Below are positions 12,705-26,179 of a stretch of 64,000 bases of DNA, piece after piece. The notes under the pieces are model-generated. The model was not told the origin of the DNA. It ran no database searches and saw only the letters and a program-made list of their open reading frames with translations. The translations under genes were made by a program, and so were the position numbers. Positions within the stretch are counted from its first letter, which is position 1. Each line of letters opens with the position of its first letter. The stretch covers positions 198,090,001-198,154,000 of the forward strand of contig OZ024741.1 in assembly GCA_964016885.1 (NCBI GenBank), written 5' to 3'. This DNA is from Eledone cirrhosa (taxonomy: Eukaryota).

Positions 12705-13025
12705 GTAATTTGATTAAAATATCAGGAGGCCAGACTGGTGATATCCCTTGAAAATTATATTGTATCATTATCTACCGTAATCACACCAATCCCGCGAATA
12801 ACACCGATTTCGCGGATCATCTCAGAATTAAATATTTTCTCTATTCTCTGTTTGTGTTTGCCGTAAATTCTCTATATTGATTAACTAATTATGCAATCCA
12901 AGCCTGATGATATCGCCAGGATCTTTCATAACCAGGCAGTTGAAATATATATAGTGTTTTTTTTACAACAATAAAATTTAAAGGAACACCAGTCTGGCTT
13001 ACTGCTATTTTAATCAAATTAATAT
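12705..13025. mobile_element. Older fold-back related to family G, with HHR-like motif at 12900-12957 (+)
   Basis: Imperfect inverted ends (caggaggccagactggtg / caccagtctggcttactg). Motif CTGATGA-TATCGCC..GGCAGTT-GAAA-TATATA-TA. Confidence 0.65.
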
Positions 13026-13701
13026 TTAACTCCGTTCCTGTACCAGTCCCGGGATTCAACAGTGCTTTCCTTACTATTACATCATGGCTAACTAAACGGA
13101 ATGACCAATTCTATCCATTGGTGAGCCACAAAACATAAATGTATGTATGTATGTATAAATATGTATATATATGTGTGTGTGTCTGTATGTGGATTATAAT
13201 AGGCAAAGTTTTCTGAAAAGTCTTTGAATTTTTGTCGTTCATTTATTGCTTTTTTTAGTTGTTTGTTAGACCCGATTTGTTCAGCTTGAGCTGTCCTATA
13301 AATGCGAAGGTAACTGCCAAATATAGTATATTGACAGTGTTTCTAGCTCGGGTCACTACACCTTTTTTGTGCAGACGCGAAAACAAAGACGATACATAGA
13401 GGGCAAAAGGTCACCAATAAGGTCACAAACTCTGTAATGAGTTCTGACAATAAATAAATATGTTGACTAGGCCATTTCCCAACAGATAGATCGATAAATT
13501 ACTTAATAATAAAACCTCAAGTGAAACTCAATGTATAATTAGCAGTGTGACCGTTCTGAAGTACAATACTATCTGCTTCAACATATGATTTCACATCAAG
13601 AATCTTGCAAACCAAATACAAAAGACGAAGTGTATATGTATATATATATATATGTGTGTGTGTGACGCGCGCGATAGAGAGAGTGAGAAAGAGGGAGTGA
13701 A

Positions 13702-13740
<39 letters not shown>

Positions 13741-13880
13741 GAGATAGGGGGGAGGGGGGGAGAGAGAGAAGGTGAAATTGGAAATACCACTGAAAATATA
13801 TTTAAGGGTCTGTTTTTCTTGTTTTTCGTCAAAGTGGCATTATTAAAAAAAGAATTTTATAATGTATATAAAATATATAA

Positions 13881-13930
13881 AGTATAGCCGGTTTCGATGT
13901 ATTAGTAAAATTCATCTTATCAAATTACAA
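13881..13930 (-). ncRNA. Degenerate hammerhead with U3-A8 core
   Basis: Minus strand: GTAAT-TTGATAA-GATG..CATC-GAAA-CCGG-CT-ATAC. U16.1 is lost. Confidence 0.45.
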
Positions 13931-14269
13931 TTGAGTATTACAATTAAAAAGAATTAATAAGGATTAAAAACTAAAAATTCAAGATTTAAAATTAAGTGTT
14001 GAGGTAAGTTTTTTTTATCTTCCTTAACAAGGAAGATGAAAAAAACTTACCTCAACACTCAGAAGGGGACTGGAAAATGAACTCTTGTGTAGTAGCAGCA
14101 GCAGTGTTGCTAGTAGTGTTTCTTCACATAGAACAAAATTGTTTTTACGGACAAAATTGTTTTGTGAATTATGTTATTGGACTGGTCAAGAGTTCAGATG
14201 GGAGTGGCGAAGAGGGGTGGTTGTAAGCTAGAGACAAATTCTATGGAATTGCAACAGTAAGGTTGTAAA

Positions 14270-15237
14270 AGAAATTCTATTTTAAAGTTGAGTAGGGTCA
14301 TTCCTACACAATCTGTAATGTGGCTACTTACGGGGATTTTTCATGTTTACGTCTCGGATTTGTTGGCGATGGATGGTCATTCTTTTGAGTAATGACATAC
14401 CCGTCTGTCCTATGTAGTTATTTCGCAGCCACCGCATCTGATTAGGTAGATCAGGTTCTCTGAGCTGCAAGTGAAGTTGTTTTTCACTGTGAAAGTTTGG
14501 CCATCTTTAAATGTGAATTTTTGTCCTTCATTAAGTATAGGCATGTGCCACAGTTTGTTCTTCCGCATTTTGTTACCGTAAGGTTGGAGATTGGTTTGTG
14601 TATATTTGTTCCAGTGAGAATGTGTTTTAGTAATTTGGGTTGCCTTTTACTTTTAATGATCTTGTGTGTTTCTAGGATTGTTTTCATTTTTTTATCTTTA
14701 AATAGAATGGGGAGGGTTTTGTGTAGAAGATCGAACATTTCGATGTTTCTGGGGTTGAACATGGATACATATGGTAAGGTATTGTTTGTGGTTCTGTGCT
14801 TTGGGTTGTTGGGTTGATGAAAATTTGCGTGTTTTGCTCTGTCTATTTCGTTATTAATTATGTCAAGTGGGAAGGCTCTTAAGGTAAGTGGGTTATTTAT
14901 TTCATTTAGTCTTTGTTCCTATTTAGCTGGGTCTGATACTATGGTGCATATATGTTTGGCTAAGTTAAAAGGAATGTTAAGTTTTGTATGTTTCTGGTGA
15001 CCTTTGGTGTGAAGAAAATGTGCTGTTAGGGGTCCGTGGGTTTATAAAAGATGTCTGTTTCTATTTTCCCATCTGTTTTTAAAATAAGGATATCCAAGAA
15101 GACTAATTCCTTGGGGATGGATTCCATTGTGAATTGTATGTTATTGTTAATGTTGTTTATGATATTTTTGAAAACAGTGAGTGTATTCGTGTCTTCCTGC
15201 CATAGTATAAAGCAAATGTCTAGGTATCTCTTCCAAT

Positions 15238-15238
<1 letters not shown>
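14270..15238 (-). pseudogene. Penelope-like (Neptune-like) RT thumb, linker and GIY-YIG fragment
   Basis: Minus-strand ..IIKSKRQPK..KCGRTNCGTC.., followed by degraded FTCSSENLIYLIRC. The FLDILI-type thumb sequence lies near 15090. Confidence 0.8.
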
Positions 15239-15317
<79 letters not shown>

Positions 15318-15567
15318 GCTAGGACCAGAGGAAGAGGTTGGGTGGTAGAGAGGAGAGATGAGGGATTCGATAAAGGAATAAAAATAGTAACTCCTGGGCA
15401 TTATTATCTATTTATTGTTGTTCTTGTATTATTTCAATAAGTATTATTGGAAGATAAATTTTTTAGATAAATATATGTCTAATGCTAAATAATAGATAAA
15501 CACACATACACACGTACGTATGGTTAGCACAAACATACATATATATATAAATATGCGCGCGCACATA

Positions 15568-15641
<74 letters not shown>

Positions 15642-15659
15642 CACACACACACGCATATA

Positions 15660-16768
15660 TCTGTATATATATAAAATTAAGTATGTATGTGTGTGTGTGT
15701 CTGTGTGTCTGTGTATATACCTATAGGGGCCTACATCTTACGACCGATTTTCATGAAACTTTACAGACTCATAGATTAGTCATCGGGGAGTGTTTTCTAT
15801 ATATCAGCGTATCGTTTTTTTATTCTGAGGTCATTCTGCAGATAAAAATCGATAGAGGGGTCACCTTTTTTTAGGTATCGAAAGATAAGATTTTTGGCTC
15901 TAGCTCCCACATTTTGCCACCGATTTCGTTCAAATTTTAAAGCAAAATAGAATTTATCATTGCACATCCTGGAATGGCTTTATATTTTGCATTTCTTGCT
16001 CAAGGACGGCGTGGCAGCCGCTTAAATATTCAAAGATACCACTTTTAGACCAAATTTCCACTCAAGCTCCCACATTAATCAACCTACTTTGTTCAAATTT
16101 TACACTACGCTAGATCTGATTATTTCACGTCTTAAAGTGGCTTTACATTTTGGATTTTTTGTTCAGGAACGGCGTGGCAGCCGTTTAAATATTCGAAAAT
16201 ACCACCTTTTCGCTCAAATTTCCGCCTTTTCGGCTCTAGCTCCCACATTTTCAACCGATTTCGTTCAAATTCGAAACTTCGGCTCCACCTCACACATAAA
16301 TCAATTTATTTGATTCAACTTTTATACTACCACAGAACCTATAATTAGCTCCCATATTTTTCAACCGATTTCGTTAAAATTCGAAACTTCGGCTCCACCT
16401 CCCACATAAATCAATTTATTTGGTTCAACTTTTATACGACGATAGAACCTATCATTGCACATCTTATAGATGGTCAAAGGCAAAACGATGGCCACTGACG
16501 TCGTCTGAGCCTTTAGTTGTGTATTTGAGAATTCATCGTTTCCAATCAAGTAGCGTGAGGAAATTTGGCTGTTAGATGTCATTACCTCCCTCCCCCAACA
16601 TGCCCCTTCATCAATCATCCGCGTTTCTCAGAGGTCATCACCACCCTCTCGAGCATGGCCTGTGTGTGGCCATAGATGAGTCATCGAGAAGCAGTCGCTA
16701 AGATCAACACTTTTTCATCAAAGCAGATATTATTTTACCTACCCAGGCAGCGCTGGGTACTGCTGCTA

Positions 16769-16769
<1 letters not shown>
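15660..16769 (+). mobile_element. Non-autonomous Helitron
   Basis: 5' TC after A. The 3' hairpin CCCAGGCAGCGCTGGG is followed by CTAG and T. Internal ~115 bp direct repeats. Confidence 0.75.
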
Positions 16770-16803
<34 letters not shown>

Positions 16804-16870
16804 CATACATACATACATACATACATACATACATACATACATACATACATACATACATACATACATACAT

Positions 16871-19800
16871 TCGAATTCGTAGAGATATCCGACTAAATAC
16901 ATAATTCATTTTACAAGGATTTGCTACAAACAGCATGGCTGAACAGAACATCAACAAAAAAATTAAGGAAGTATCGAAGACAAATAACAAAGAAGGTAAT
17001 CAAACTTTATTCAGTTGTAGCTACAGAAGAAACCGAAATTATAAATCGCATTTCTCTTGGAGTTGCGAACTTAATAATGATTTATTTAATTGTTATAAAA
17101 TGGCAAAAAACAATGCCTCCATTGGCTATATGAATAGAATAAAGCTACACTGGGACGAAATGCACCCAGAGCTAAATTATTTCACAGCGAAACAATTACG
17201 CCAGCAAGCGACGTTTGTTGAACATAAAAATAAGATAAATATTATTAATTGTAAGTCCCCCACAACAAACATGGAATCAACAACACGTGCTACAGATCGC
17301 CATGCTACTAGACTTCCGAGCAGCCAGGTCGAACAGCGCCTTGAAACAACTATGCCTGTAAGAAACTTGACACCACCTGTACCATCTAAGTCTACCTCGA
17401 ATGCTGGGGAAAACACTATCGATAATAATAATAATCGAAGAAATAATAATAATAATCGAATAAATGTGACACCACGTATACCATCCGAGTCTACCTCGAC
17501 TGTTGTGGAAAATACTATCGATAATTATAATCAAAAGTATAAATAATTGAAGATTTCCCTCAACGAAATCTTCCAGAGAGAAATTAACTCGTGTATAAAT
17601 ATCTCTCTGGCTGAACGTGTTAAAATGACAATGGTGAATAAAAAACCAAATAATGAAATACTACGTCTTATTGACGAAATAGGGGGTGAATATTTACGAC
17701 GGATAAAAACCCCAACATTTTGGAAAATCAACGCCTGTTTATATGCCTTAGCAATGACAGTGAAGCATTATCTTGGTGATAGCAGAGATATTAACAAGAA
17801 CAAAACACCACCAAAAATACCATCATATATAACTAAAATAGAAAAGAAGAGTGCTGACCTACGAAAAAACATAGGACATGTGACAATGCTCCTTACATGC
17901 AAACAAACACAAAAAAACCTCACTCCTAACCAACAAAGAGTGCAAAATAAAATAGAGACGATGTTTGGTAACAGTAGAACCAGAACTCTCCAATATAAGC
18001 TGATCACCCTCAAACAAGAATTGAGAGCTGTTAGCGAAAAACGCCGATACCTGAAGAAGGTAGATGAGAGAAAAATGCTTAATAAAAGATTCAGACGAAA
18101 CCAAACATCAGTCTATAGAGATATAAAGGGCAAAATAATAAGTGTCACTGAGGCCCCATCCCAGAAAGACATAGATTCCTTTTGGAGAAAAATATGGGGT
18201 GAAAAGAAGAATTTCAACCAAGATGCAGTGTGGCTAAGAGAAATCCGAAAGAACTATTGCTCCTACACTACAACAAAAACATACGAAATAAGTGAGGGTA
18301 CCCTTGAGACTGTGATAGGAAAACTCCAAGATAAGAAAACACCAGGAAGAGACAAGATTGTCGGCTACTGGTACAAAAAACTAATATTCTATCGGAGGTA
18401 CCTCTACCAACAAGTTCTTAAGGGAGATACACTTATACCAGAATGGTTGACATTAGCACAAACGTTACTGGTCCCCAAGAACACCCACTTGGCAAAAAAC
18501 TACCGACCCATTGCATGCCAGAATCTGATGTATAAGATGTATACAGCCTGCCTGAACCTATTCCTCCAAGATCACTGTGAAAATAATAACATCATCACAG
18601 ATGAACAAGCAGCTGGAAAGAAAAGGGTTTGGGGATATGCTGAACAACTCCTAATCAACAAAACTGCGATGTCGGAGGTGCAACAACTTAGGAGGAATAT
18701 GACTACAGTCTGGCTGGACTACAAGAAAGCTTTCGATTCTGTTCCCCACTCTTGGATGATAGAGGCCCTCCAACTGGCTAAAGTCCCAGACATTATTGTC
18801 AGAGTCATAGAGAAGCTGTCTTCTTCTTGGGCTACTATCCTAAGGTTAAAGACAGAGAGGGAGGACTCTATTTTCACTGATAAAATAAAATATTGCAGGG
18901 GTATATTTCAGGGAGACAGTCTCTCTGTGATATTGTTCATCTTGTCATTAAACCCCTTGTCCTTTCTGCTCAAGAAATGTGAGGGATACATCATTGGCTC
19001 ACAGGAGGGCAGAAATACGAACCTAACCCATAATTTCTTTGTGGACGATCTGAGACTCTATGCCAAGAACATGGATGGGATGAAGAAAAATCTTGACCTG
19101 GTTACAACGTTCTCAAAGGATATAGGAATGGAATTTGGCCAAGATAAATGCTCATACATGACTGTAAAGCGGGGAAAAACAACAACCCAATCTAGCAACA
19201 TTGTCATCAATGGTTTAACTATTTCCCCGATATCTGATGAGGACTGCTACAGATACCTGGGGATAGATGAGAACATATCCTATAATGGTATCTGTAATAA
19301 AGAACGCGTAACCAGGGAATACTACACCCGATTAAGATAGATCTGCTCATCGGAACTCTCTGCGCAAAACAAAACAGTGGCTCACAATGTGTTTGCTGTG
19401 CCTGTCCTAACACCAACGTTTGGAATACTCGAATGGTCGATAGACGAAATTCGAGCGATTGATGTTAAAACTCGAAAAATACTGAACAACACCGGAAACT
19501 TCCACATCAACAGTGACATAGACCGCCTTTACTTGAAACGTAAACAGAGAGGCAGAGGCCTAACATCAGTCCAGACAACATTTTAATGTCGCATCATATC
19601 TCTCCGACAACATCTACGAACCTCGAAGCGTAGGAGCCCGCTTCTCGAGCAAGTATATCTGCATGAAACAGATAAGATCATGAGAGTTGGGAAGGCACTC
19701 CTTGTGAGATATTCCCTGTGTGATATTCAAAAACTCACACCCAGGGATGTCGCTAAGCAGTATCGCAGTGAATCCATGGATGAAAAACTGCATGCCTATC

Positions 19801-20832
19801 AGCAATAAAAAATCATGCATGGATATGTTGCCAGGAAGCTCCAGAGTGAGAGTAATATAGATAAGGAAAGTAGTCTATCTTGGACCAACAACCGCTATAT
19901 TGGCTCCCACTTTGAAGGATACGCTTTTGCAATCCAAGAACAGGAGATTAGCACGAAATACCTGATTCACAAAAGAGATAGGGATGCAGGCAAAACACCT
20001 AGATGTGATAACAAGTGCAGACTCTGCAGAACTAACATCGAGGATATCACACATGTCATCAGCAGCTGTCCAAAGATGTGATCGCGGTACTATCTACCTA
20101 TGAGGCATGATGTAGTGGCCAAAACACTGTACAATGCAGTTCGTAAAAAAGATAGCCCCGATAATAAACACATTAAAAGCTACAACAATGTGGAAGACAT
20201 CCATGTACATAATATGAAAGAGTACTGGTGGAATGTTCCAGTAAAAACCCCAATAAAATGCAGGCATAACAGACCAGATATTATGATATGAGACAGGGAG
20301 AAGAAAACATGCACAGTAGTGGAAATTAGCTGCCCAGCAGATGCCAATATAATATCAAAGATTATTGAAAAGGAGAATATTTATGCAGAACTGATGAGAA
20401 ATCTGCAAATACTCCACCCTGATTACACCTTCAGATTTATGGCTGTGATTATTGGGGCACTGGGATATGTTAGTAACTGCCTCAATACAAATCTTGAGAA
20501 GCTAGGGTTCACAGGAACAGAAAGAACACAACTAGTTAGGAAACTACAAGTACAATCCATTAATGGAACAGTAGAAATATGTAAAACATTCCAAAATTTT
20601 GCATCTAATAAATGCATATACACATGTACAGATACAAAGCATATACACATGCACACATACAACTCAAAACATATACATCCACACATACAATAACATCCAT
20701 ATCTACACATGCATGCATACATATCTACCTAGTTGATGTTGTGTAAATTCCAATGAGAGAGTCTTGTGTCTATGTTAGAAACCGACTCTCTCTCTATTGG
20801 TAAAACTTTGTGAAATTATAAAACCAGAAGAA
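16871..20832 (+). mobile_element. Near full-length R4/Dong-type non-LTR retrotransposon (RT + RLE) inserted in (TACA)n
   Basis: One long disrupted ORF ~16935-20610, with (CATA)n immediately on both sides. Confidence 0.9.
16935..20610 (+). pseudogene. RT + CCHC knuckle + restriction-like endonuclease
   Basis: KNYRPIAC, WLDYKKAFDSVPH, GIFQGDSLS, FVDD, YRYLG, RGRGL, CRLC..HVISSC, RHD, RPDI..VEIS. Several in-frame stops. Confidence 0.92.
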
Positions 20833-20910
20833 CATACATACATACATACATACATATATACATACATACATACATACATACATACATACATACATACATA
20901 CATACATACA

Positions 20911-22140
20911 TGGTGGCTGCCAACTCGTTTTCGAGTACGGCCACTACTTTATATCCATGTAGGAGAACCCCTACTGATGCGCTGAACGAGTGTGACTTTT
21001 TAGTCCAGCCAGCGACTTGAAAACTCTGATAAAAACACTACACTTGTGACAATTATTGACACATAGTGCTGGGCCCATGGTACCATGTGACGACAAGTGC
21101 AGAGAGATCTCCAGATATAAAGCAATGCCTGTGCCGTGAAGCTTTTATAGTGAGCACAGGCACTGCACAAAGCCAGTCCCACTCTCTTAACCAAGATGAT
21201 ATTTACCAAAAAGAAGAACAAGTCAACATCATTGGATACCATCAGGGTTGCAGGTGTTATATCAGAGTTTTCCTTCTCCTAGAAGTCTGCCTTGACAAAG
21301 GTTAAGGGGTCATCTCTCCCGGTGATTTTGGATGGCCATTGACTCTTAAGAGCTCCTTTGCCCTTTGACAAGTTTTGTTTTTAGTCCTGCAGGATGTCCA
21401 AAGTCACCCTCCTCACCAAGAAACCTTGGTGGGGTTGCCAGTTTAGTCGCCAACGACCCGACCATGAGACAGGTTGTACCAACTGGTGACCTGACATACA
21501 TACATACATACATACATACATACATACATGGTGGTGGCTGCCAACTCGTTTTCGAGTACGGCCACTACTTTATATCCATGTAGGAGAAACCTTACCGATG
21601 CGCTGAACAAGTGTGACTTTTTAGTCCAGCCAGCGACTTGAAAACTCTGGTAAAAACACTACACCTGTAACAATTATTGACACATAGTGCTGGGCCCATG
21701 GTACCATGTGACGACAAGTGCAGAGAGATCTCCAGATATAAAGCAATGCCTGTGCCGTGAAGCTTTTATAGTGAGCAAAGGCACTGCACAAAGCCAGTCC
21801 CACTCTCTTAACCAAGATGATATTTACCAAAAAGAAGAACAAGTCAACATCATTGGATACCATCAGGGTTGCAGGTGTTATATCAGAGTTTTCCTTCTCC
21901 TAGAATTCTGCCTTGACAAAGGCTAAGGGGTCATCTCTCCCGGTGATTTTGGATACATACATACATACATACATACATACATACATACATACATACATAC
22001 ATACATGGTGGCTGCAACTCGATATCGTATAATTCCATCGCTTGATACTTAAGCATGAGCATCACGGGTGTGGCTTTTTAGTCCTGCTATGGACTTGCCT
22101 ATAGCCAGCAATACCATGCACCGCAAAAGATGTCATAGAC
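20911..22140 (-). mobile_element. Tandem copies of a ~580 bp non-autonomous element with RTE-like 5'UTR and (ATGT)n tail
   Basis: Copies at 20911-21494, 21532-21952 (truncated) and a diverged relative at 22006-22140, separated by (CATA)n. The minus strand carries ctaggagaaggaaaactctg, which I recall from RTE 5' UTRs. Confidence 0.6.
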
Positions 22141-23073
22141 GAAGTGAATTCTCCTCAGCGCTAACTGCACAAATTAAGAGGTCTACAAATGTACTTTGAT
22201 AATTTCAAAATTTGATAATCCCGTCATTTTTATTCGTTTATAAGCCCGATTCGAAAACACACATGGCGTCCGGGGAGGAATATGGCACCTGAAGGACAAA
22301 TGGCGCATAATGTTCAGGACAAAATCTTATATGGGCATCAGCAATTTCTGTAATCTCTGCACCACTGTGACCTCCAAATATTGTACTTGCGAATAAAAAA
22401 TAACCGTAACAAAATATACAAAATGATAACCTCATGCAAACACTTCTTAAGGCATAAGTTGTTACCCCGTTGGACATGCGAATAGGCCAAATGGAATATT
22501 TAACAAAGTTCTAAACTCCACCCACCTTTAATCTTTGTACACTCTCTGATTTCTTGATCTTGAGCAGTTGCGTCCTTATGCTAACGATCTATTCATTATA
22601 TGCCTCTAAATATTAATTGCGCTGAATCTTACTTTTATATGTATATATATATATATATATATAATACGGTAAAAATTGATGCTATTCAATTCAAGCACTC
22701 AATGCATTGTTACTTCTCTCTACCAAAACACACCCACCGTATCTGCTATTAACTAAATGTGTGCACTCCTGAGGATTCATTGAGTGCAATTCGGAGAATT
22801 CATTGAGTGAGCTAGATGCTGGCCGTGGTACCTTGATTTAATACCAACGATCCTTGTTACTTTTATATTATATATATATATATATATATTATATTATATA
22901 TAAACAAACCGAGCATAATAATAAATGTTCGGTAAACCCATACTTACATATATATATGTACGTCCTTTAAACTGTATGTTATTACTCTGAGGTCTATACC
23001 TTGTCGAGTGGTTGGCTGCACTGCTGAAGGCATTCGTTGGCTTAGCTGCTACTCGAACTTCGAATATGGTGTA

Positions 23074-23139
<66 letters not shown>

Positions 23140-23145
<6 letters not shown>

Positions 23146-23667
23146 TATATGATACACACTTACGTGTTTTTGTTGTAATTGACAATAAATAGCTAGAATG
23201 AAGTATCTTAATTCAAATACATATAGTCTGCCTGTGTCGATCTAAAAAATAATAAATCAATACTCACAAACCCATATCGGCAAAAGGCCTTGGTACCTAG
23301 ACACGTTTAAATTTCAAAATACAAACTTTTTCCGCAGATCAGTCCGAACTTCAAAATTTAAACATGTTTCACAAAGGATGGTATAATAGTGAAATAATTA
23401 ATTAATTAGTAATGAGATAATTAATGTTCTGAGTTTATCAATAGGTACCCAGATAAATTAAGTAACTTCACCTCGGAAAAATATCTAAGGCCTGGTTAAC
23501 GTAGCCAAAATACACGAGGTTTTGCACACGAATTATTCCAGTTCTCTAACCTCCCATACTTATAGTGCTAGAAATAATAGCCGTTTATATGGGAATTAAG
23601 ATATTTCATTCTAGGTATTTATTGTCAATTACAACAAAAATACGTAAGTGTGTATCATATATTAATT
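23140..23667. repeat. Fold-back insert with ~80 bp inverted ends
   Basis: 23140-23218 is the reverse complement of ~23592-23667. Confidence 0.75.
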
Positions 23668-23769
23668 TATACAGCTCAGAAGTGATTCTTAGAGCTAAAA
23701 TAATTGTAAATGACCCCATTGAGTGAAAACTCTAAATTATATTATATATATATATATATATAAACTTTT

Positions 23770-26150
23770 TTGTTGTTACCCTGGCGTCCCCTTTGTTTAC
23801 GTGTCCCAACGACTTTTTTTAGCCGTTGTTCGCACCAACCTGAGGCATATGGCCCTTAAAGCGATGAAATGCCTAGGACGGTTGGAGGGTCACTGATGAA
23901 GGACTCACTTTTTCATATGTATCCCATTTGCAACGCCGCAGCTCCATTATTATCATATTTACATATATATATATATATATATATAATTATGGGGTGGAGT
24001 TCCTTCTTACCTTGTCCTTGTCACTTTACTGTTGACATGTTTTCGTTTTCGTTTACTGTCTATGTTCCCTTTTGCATTATATATATGTGTGTGTGTATGT
24101 GTGTGTGTAAATCGAGAAGAAAATTGTATGTATCCAGTCATGCGGGACAGGCTCACCATGCCATACAGATAGCTATGAATGGCCATAACAACATTGTCTC
24201 CTCTAAAGCGAACCAGCTCAACAGGTATTCCATCCAAACCTGGAGCTTTCCCTCTATTTATCTCTTGGACAGTTGACCTTATCTCATCAATGGTTGGATC
24301 ATTCGTCATCTCTGTTAAGTCTCCTTTCATTGAACTCTATTAATAATGTCCTCATCAACTACAGAGGGTTGTCAAAGAGATATTTAAAGTGTTCAGTCCA
24401 CGGACTTATGATTCTTGCTGGATCTTTGATGAGGACGTTCCCATCTTTTGAATTCCGTGGTGCCAATTTTGAGGGCTTTCGGCCAAAGTCTTGCGTTATT
24501 GTGTTGAATAATTTCTTCAAGTCTCTGCAGTTATAAGCACCTCTGCTGAAACTTCAGACTAGCAGTTATTCTTCATCTTTCGAGTTTTACATTGCAGTTT
24601 TTACTTTGCTTCTTTGAAGGCTTTCTCAACAGTGGTCTTCACTGGACCCTCTTCAACAAGGCACTTCTCATATAACTTGTTCTTCTTTTCAATAAACATG
24701 GTGATTGCAGTATCATTATCGTCAAACCGGTCTCTACATTTTGTCTTCTTAAGACCAAGTTCATCAGCCCCAGCACTGTAAACCTGTATTTTAAACTGTT
24801 CCCAAGTGCCATCAAAGGAATACTGTTTCAAGTGCATTTTAAAGAGCATCTCGCATTTTAAAACATTCAGCACTCTTGTCAAAGAGTTCTTGTATGCTGA
24901 TGATGCAGATTTTGTGGCTTACACAGTAGAGGATATGCAGTTGATATTAGACACCTTCTCCAATGCATGTACTGTGTTTTAGGCTAAATATTAGTATAAA
25001 AAAGACAAAAGTCATGTACACTGCACCAGTGTATGTGAAGCCAGACATTTTCATGAGAGGAAAAAGACTTGAGGTGGTGGGTAGTTTTGTGTATCCGGGA
25101 AGTGTCATTTGGATATTACCCTCGAAACTGAAATAGTTCACAGAATTGCGAAAGCGGGTCTTGCCTCGGGAAGGTTAAGAAACAAGTCTAGTCAGACCAG
25201 GTTATCATGAGAAACATAAAGATCTCTGTGTATGCGGCCTGTGTTCTTACAGCCCTGCTATTTGCTATTACAGGCATCACATCTGGCAGCTGGAAAGGTT
25301 TCATTGGTATTGTATCCGACGCATGCTGAATATCAAGTGGTCCTCTTACACACCTGATACTACTGTATTTGAAAACCAGTATTGAAGGGGGATTATTATG
25401 AACCAGATATGTTGGGCTGATCATGTGGTCGGGATGGAAGATGGAAAGCTGCCTAAACAGTTATTTTACGGGAAGCTGACCAGAGGACAAAGGAGCCACA
25501 GTATAAAGCAAAGAAGCAGTTTAGCTATGTCATAAAAGACCATCTTAAAGCTCTGAATATTGATATGGATAACTGGGAGATTCTAGATGGAGGTTGTTAA
25601 TTATGGAGAATGATCATCGAGTATGGATGTGATGTCTTTGAGGAAAAGTGAGTGGAACATTCTGTTTTGAAGCGTTCACTTCGTAAGCGGGACTCAAGTG
25701 TAGTACCTGAAAAATTCCAGTAGGAATTGAGGTGCAATGTATGAGGCCGATTTCTTCTATCAAGAGCTGGATTTGTCAACCATCTGAAATTACACGAGCC
25801 AGAGAGAGATCAAGTCAAATATGAGATAGTTCTACCGCCACACACTCCTCGGTACATTTGCAGTGTGTGACTTAATTTGCAAGTCAGTCTCTGGACTGCC
25901 AGACATAGTAAAATACATGAAGACACACCCCAGCCGGTTTTACCAAGAGACAGACAGTTCAAGCGTCACATCTATGAATGTACCTACAAAACAAAAGCGG
26001 GTCTGAAACATCACCTGCGTGCACAGAATCGTGCTTGTTTAACATGTCTGATGAACACAAATATGGACCTTGAGCCAATTACCTGTGAAATATATGCAAC
26101 TGCCGTTAATCAATTAAAACATTCATGTGAAACTTCGTCTTATACTTAAT
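23770..26150. mobile_element. Degenerate RTE-clade LINE with internal inversion
   Basis: ~23770-24860 on minus encodes the EN-RT linker (GKAPGLDGIPVEL). ~24860-26150 on plus encodes LYADD, LPKQLFYG and C-terminal C2H2-like fingers. Confidence 0.8.
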
Positions 26151-26179
26151 ATATATAATTACACATATATATATCATAT

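Noticed and set aside
21435-21494. HDV-like ribozyme at the 5' end of the RTE-like short element (minus strand)
   Set aside because: P1-like and P3-like helices are visible, but I could not place P1.1, P2 or the catalytic J4/2 strand.
22238-22477. Complex-sequence ORFs at 2508-2756, 22238-22477, 55204-55392 and 58325-58663 as host exons
   Set aside because: No recognisable domain or consistent splice pattern, and the last lies inside a Helitron. A homology search would be needed.
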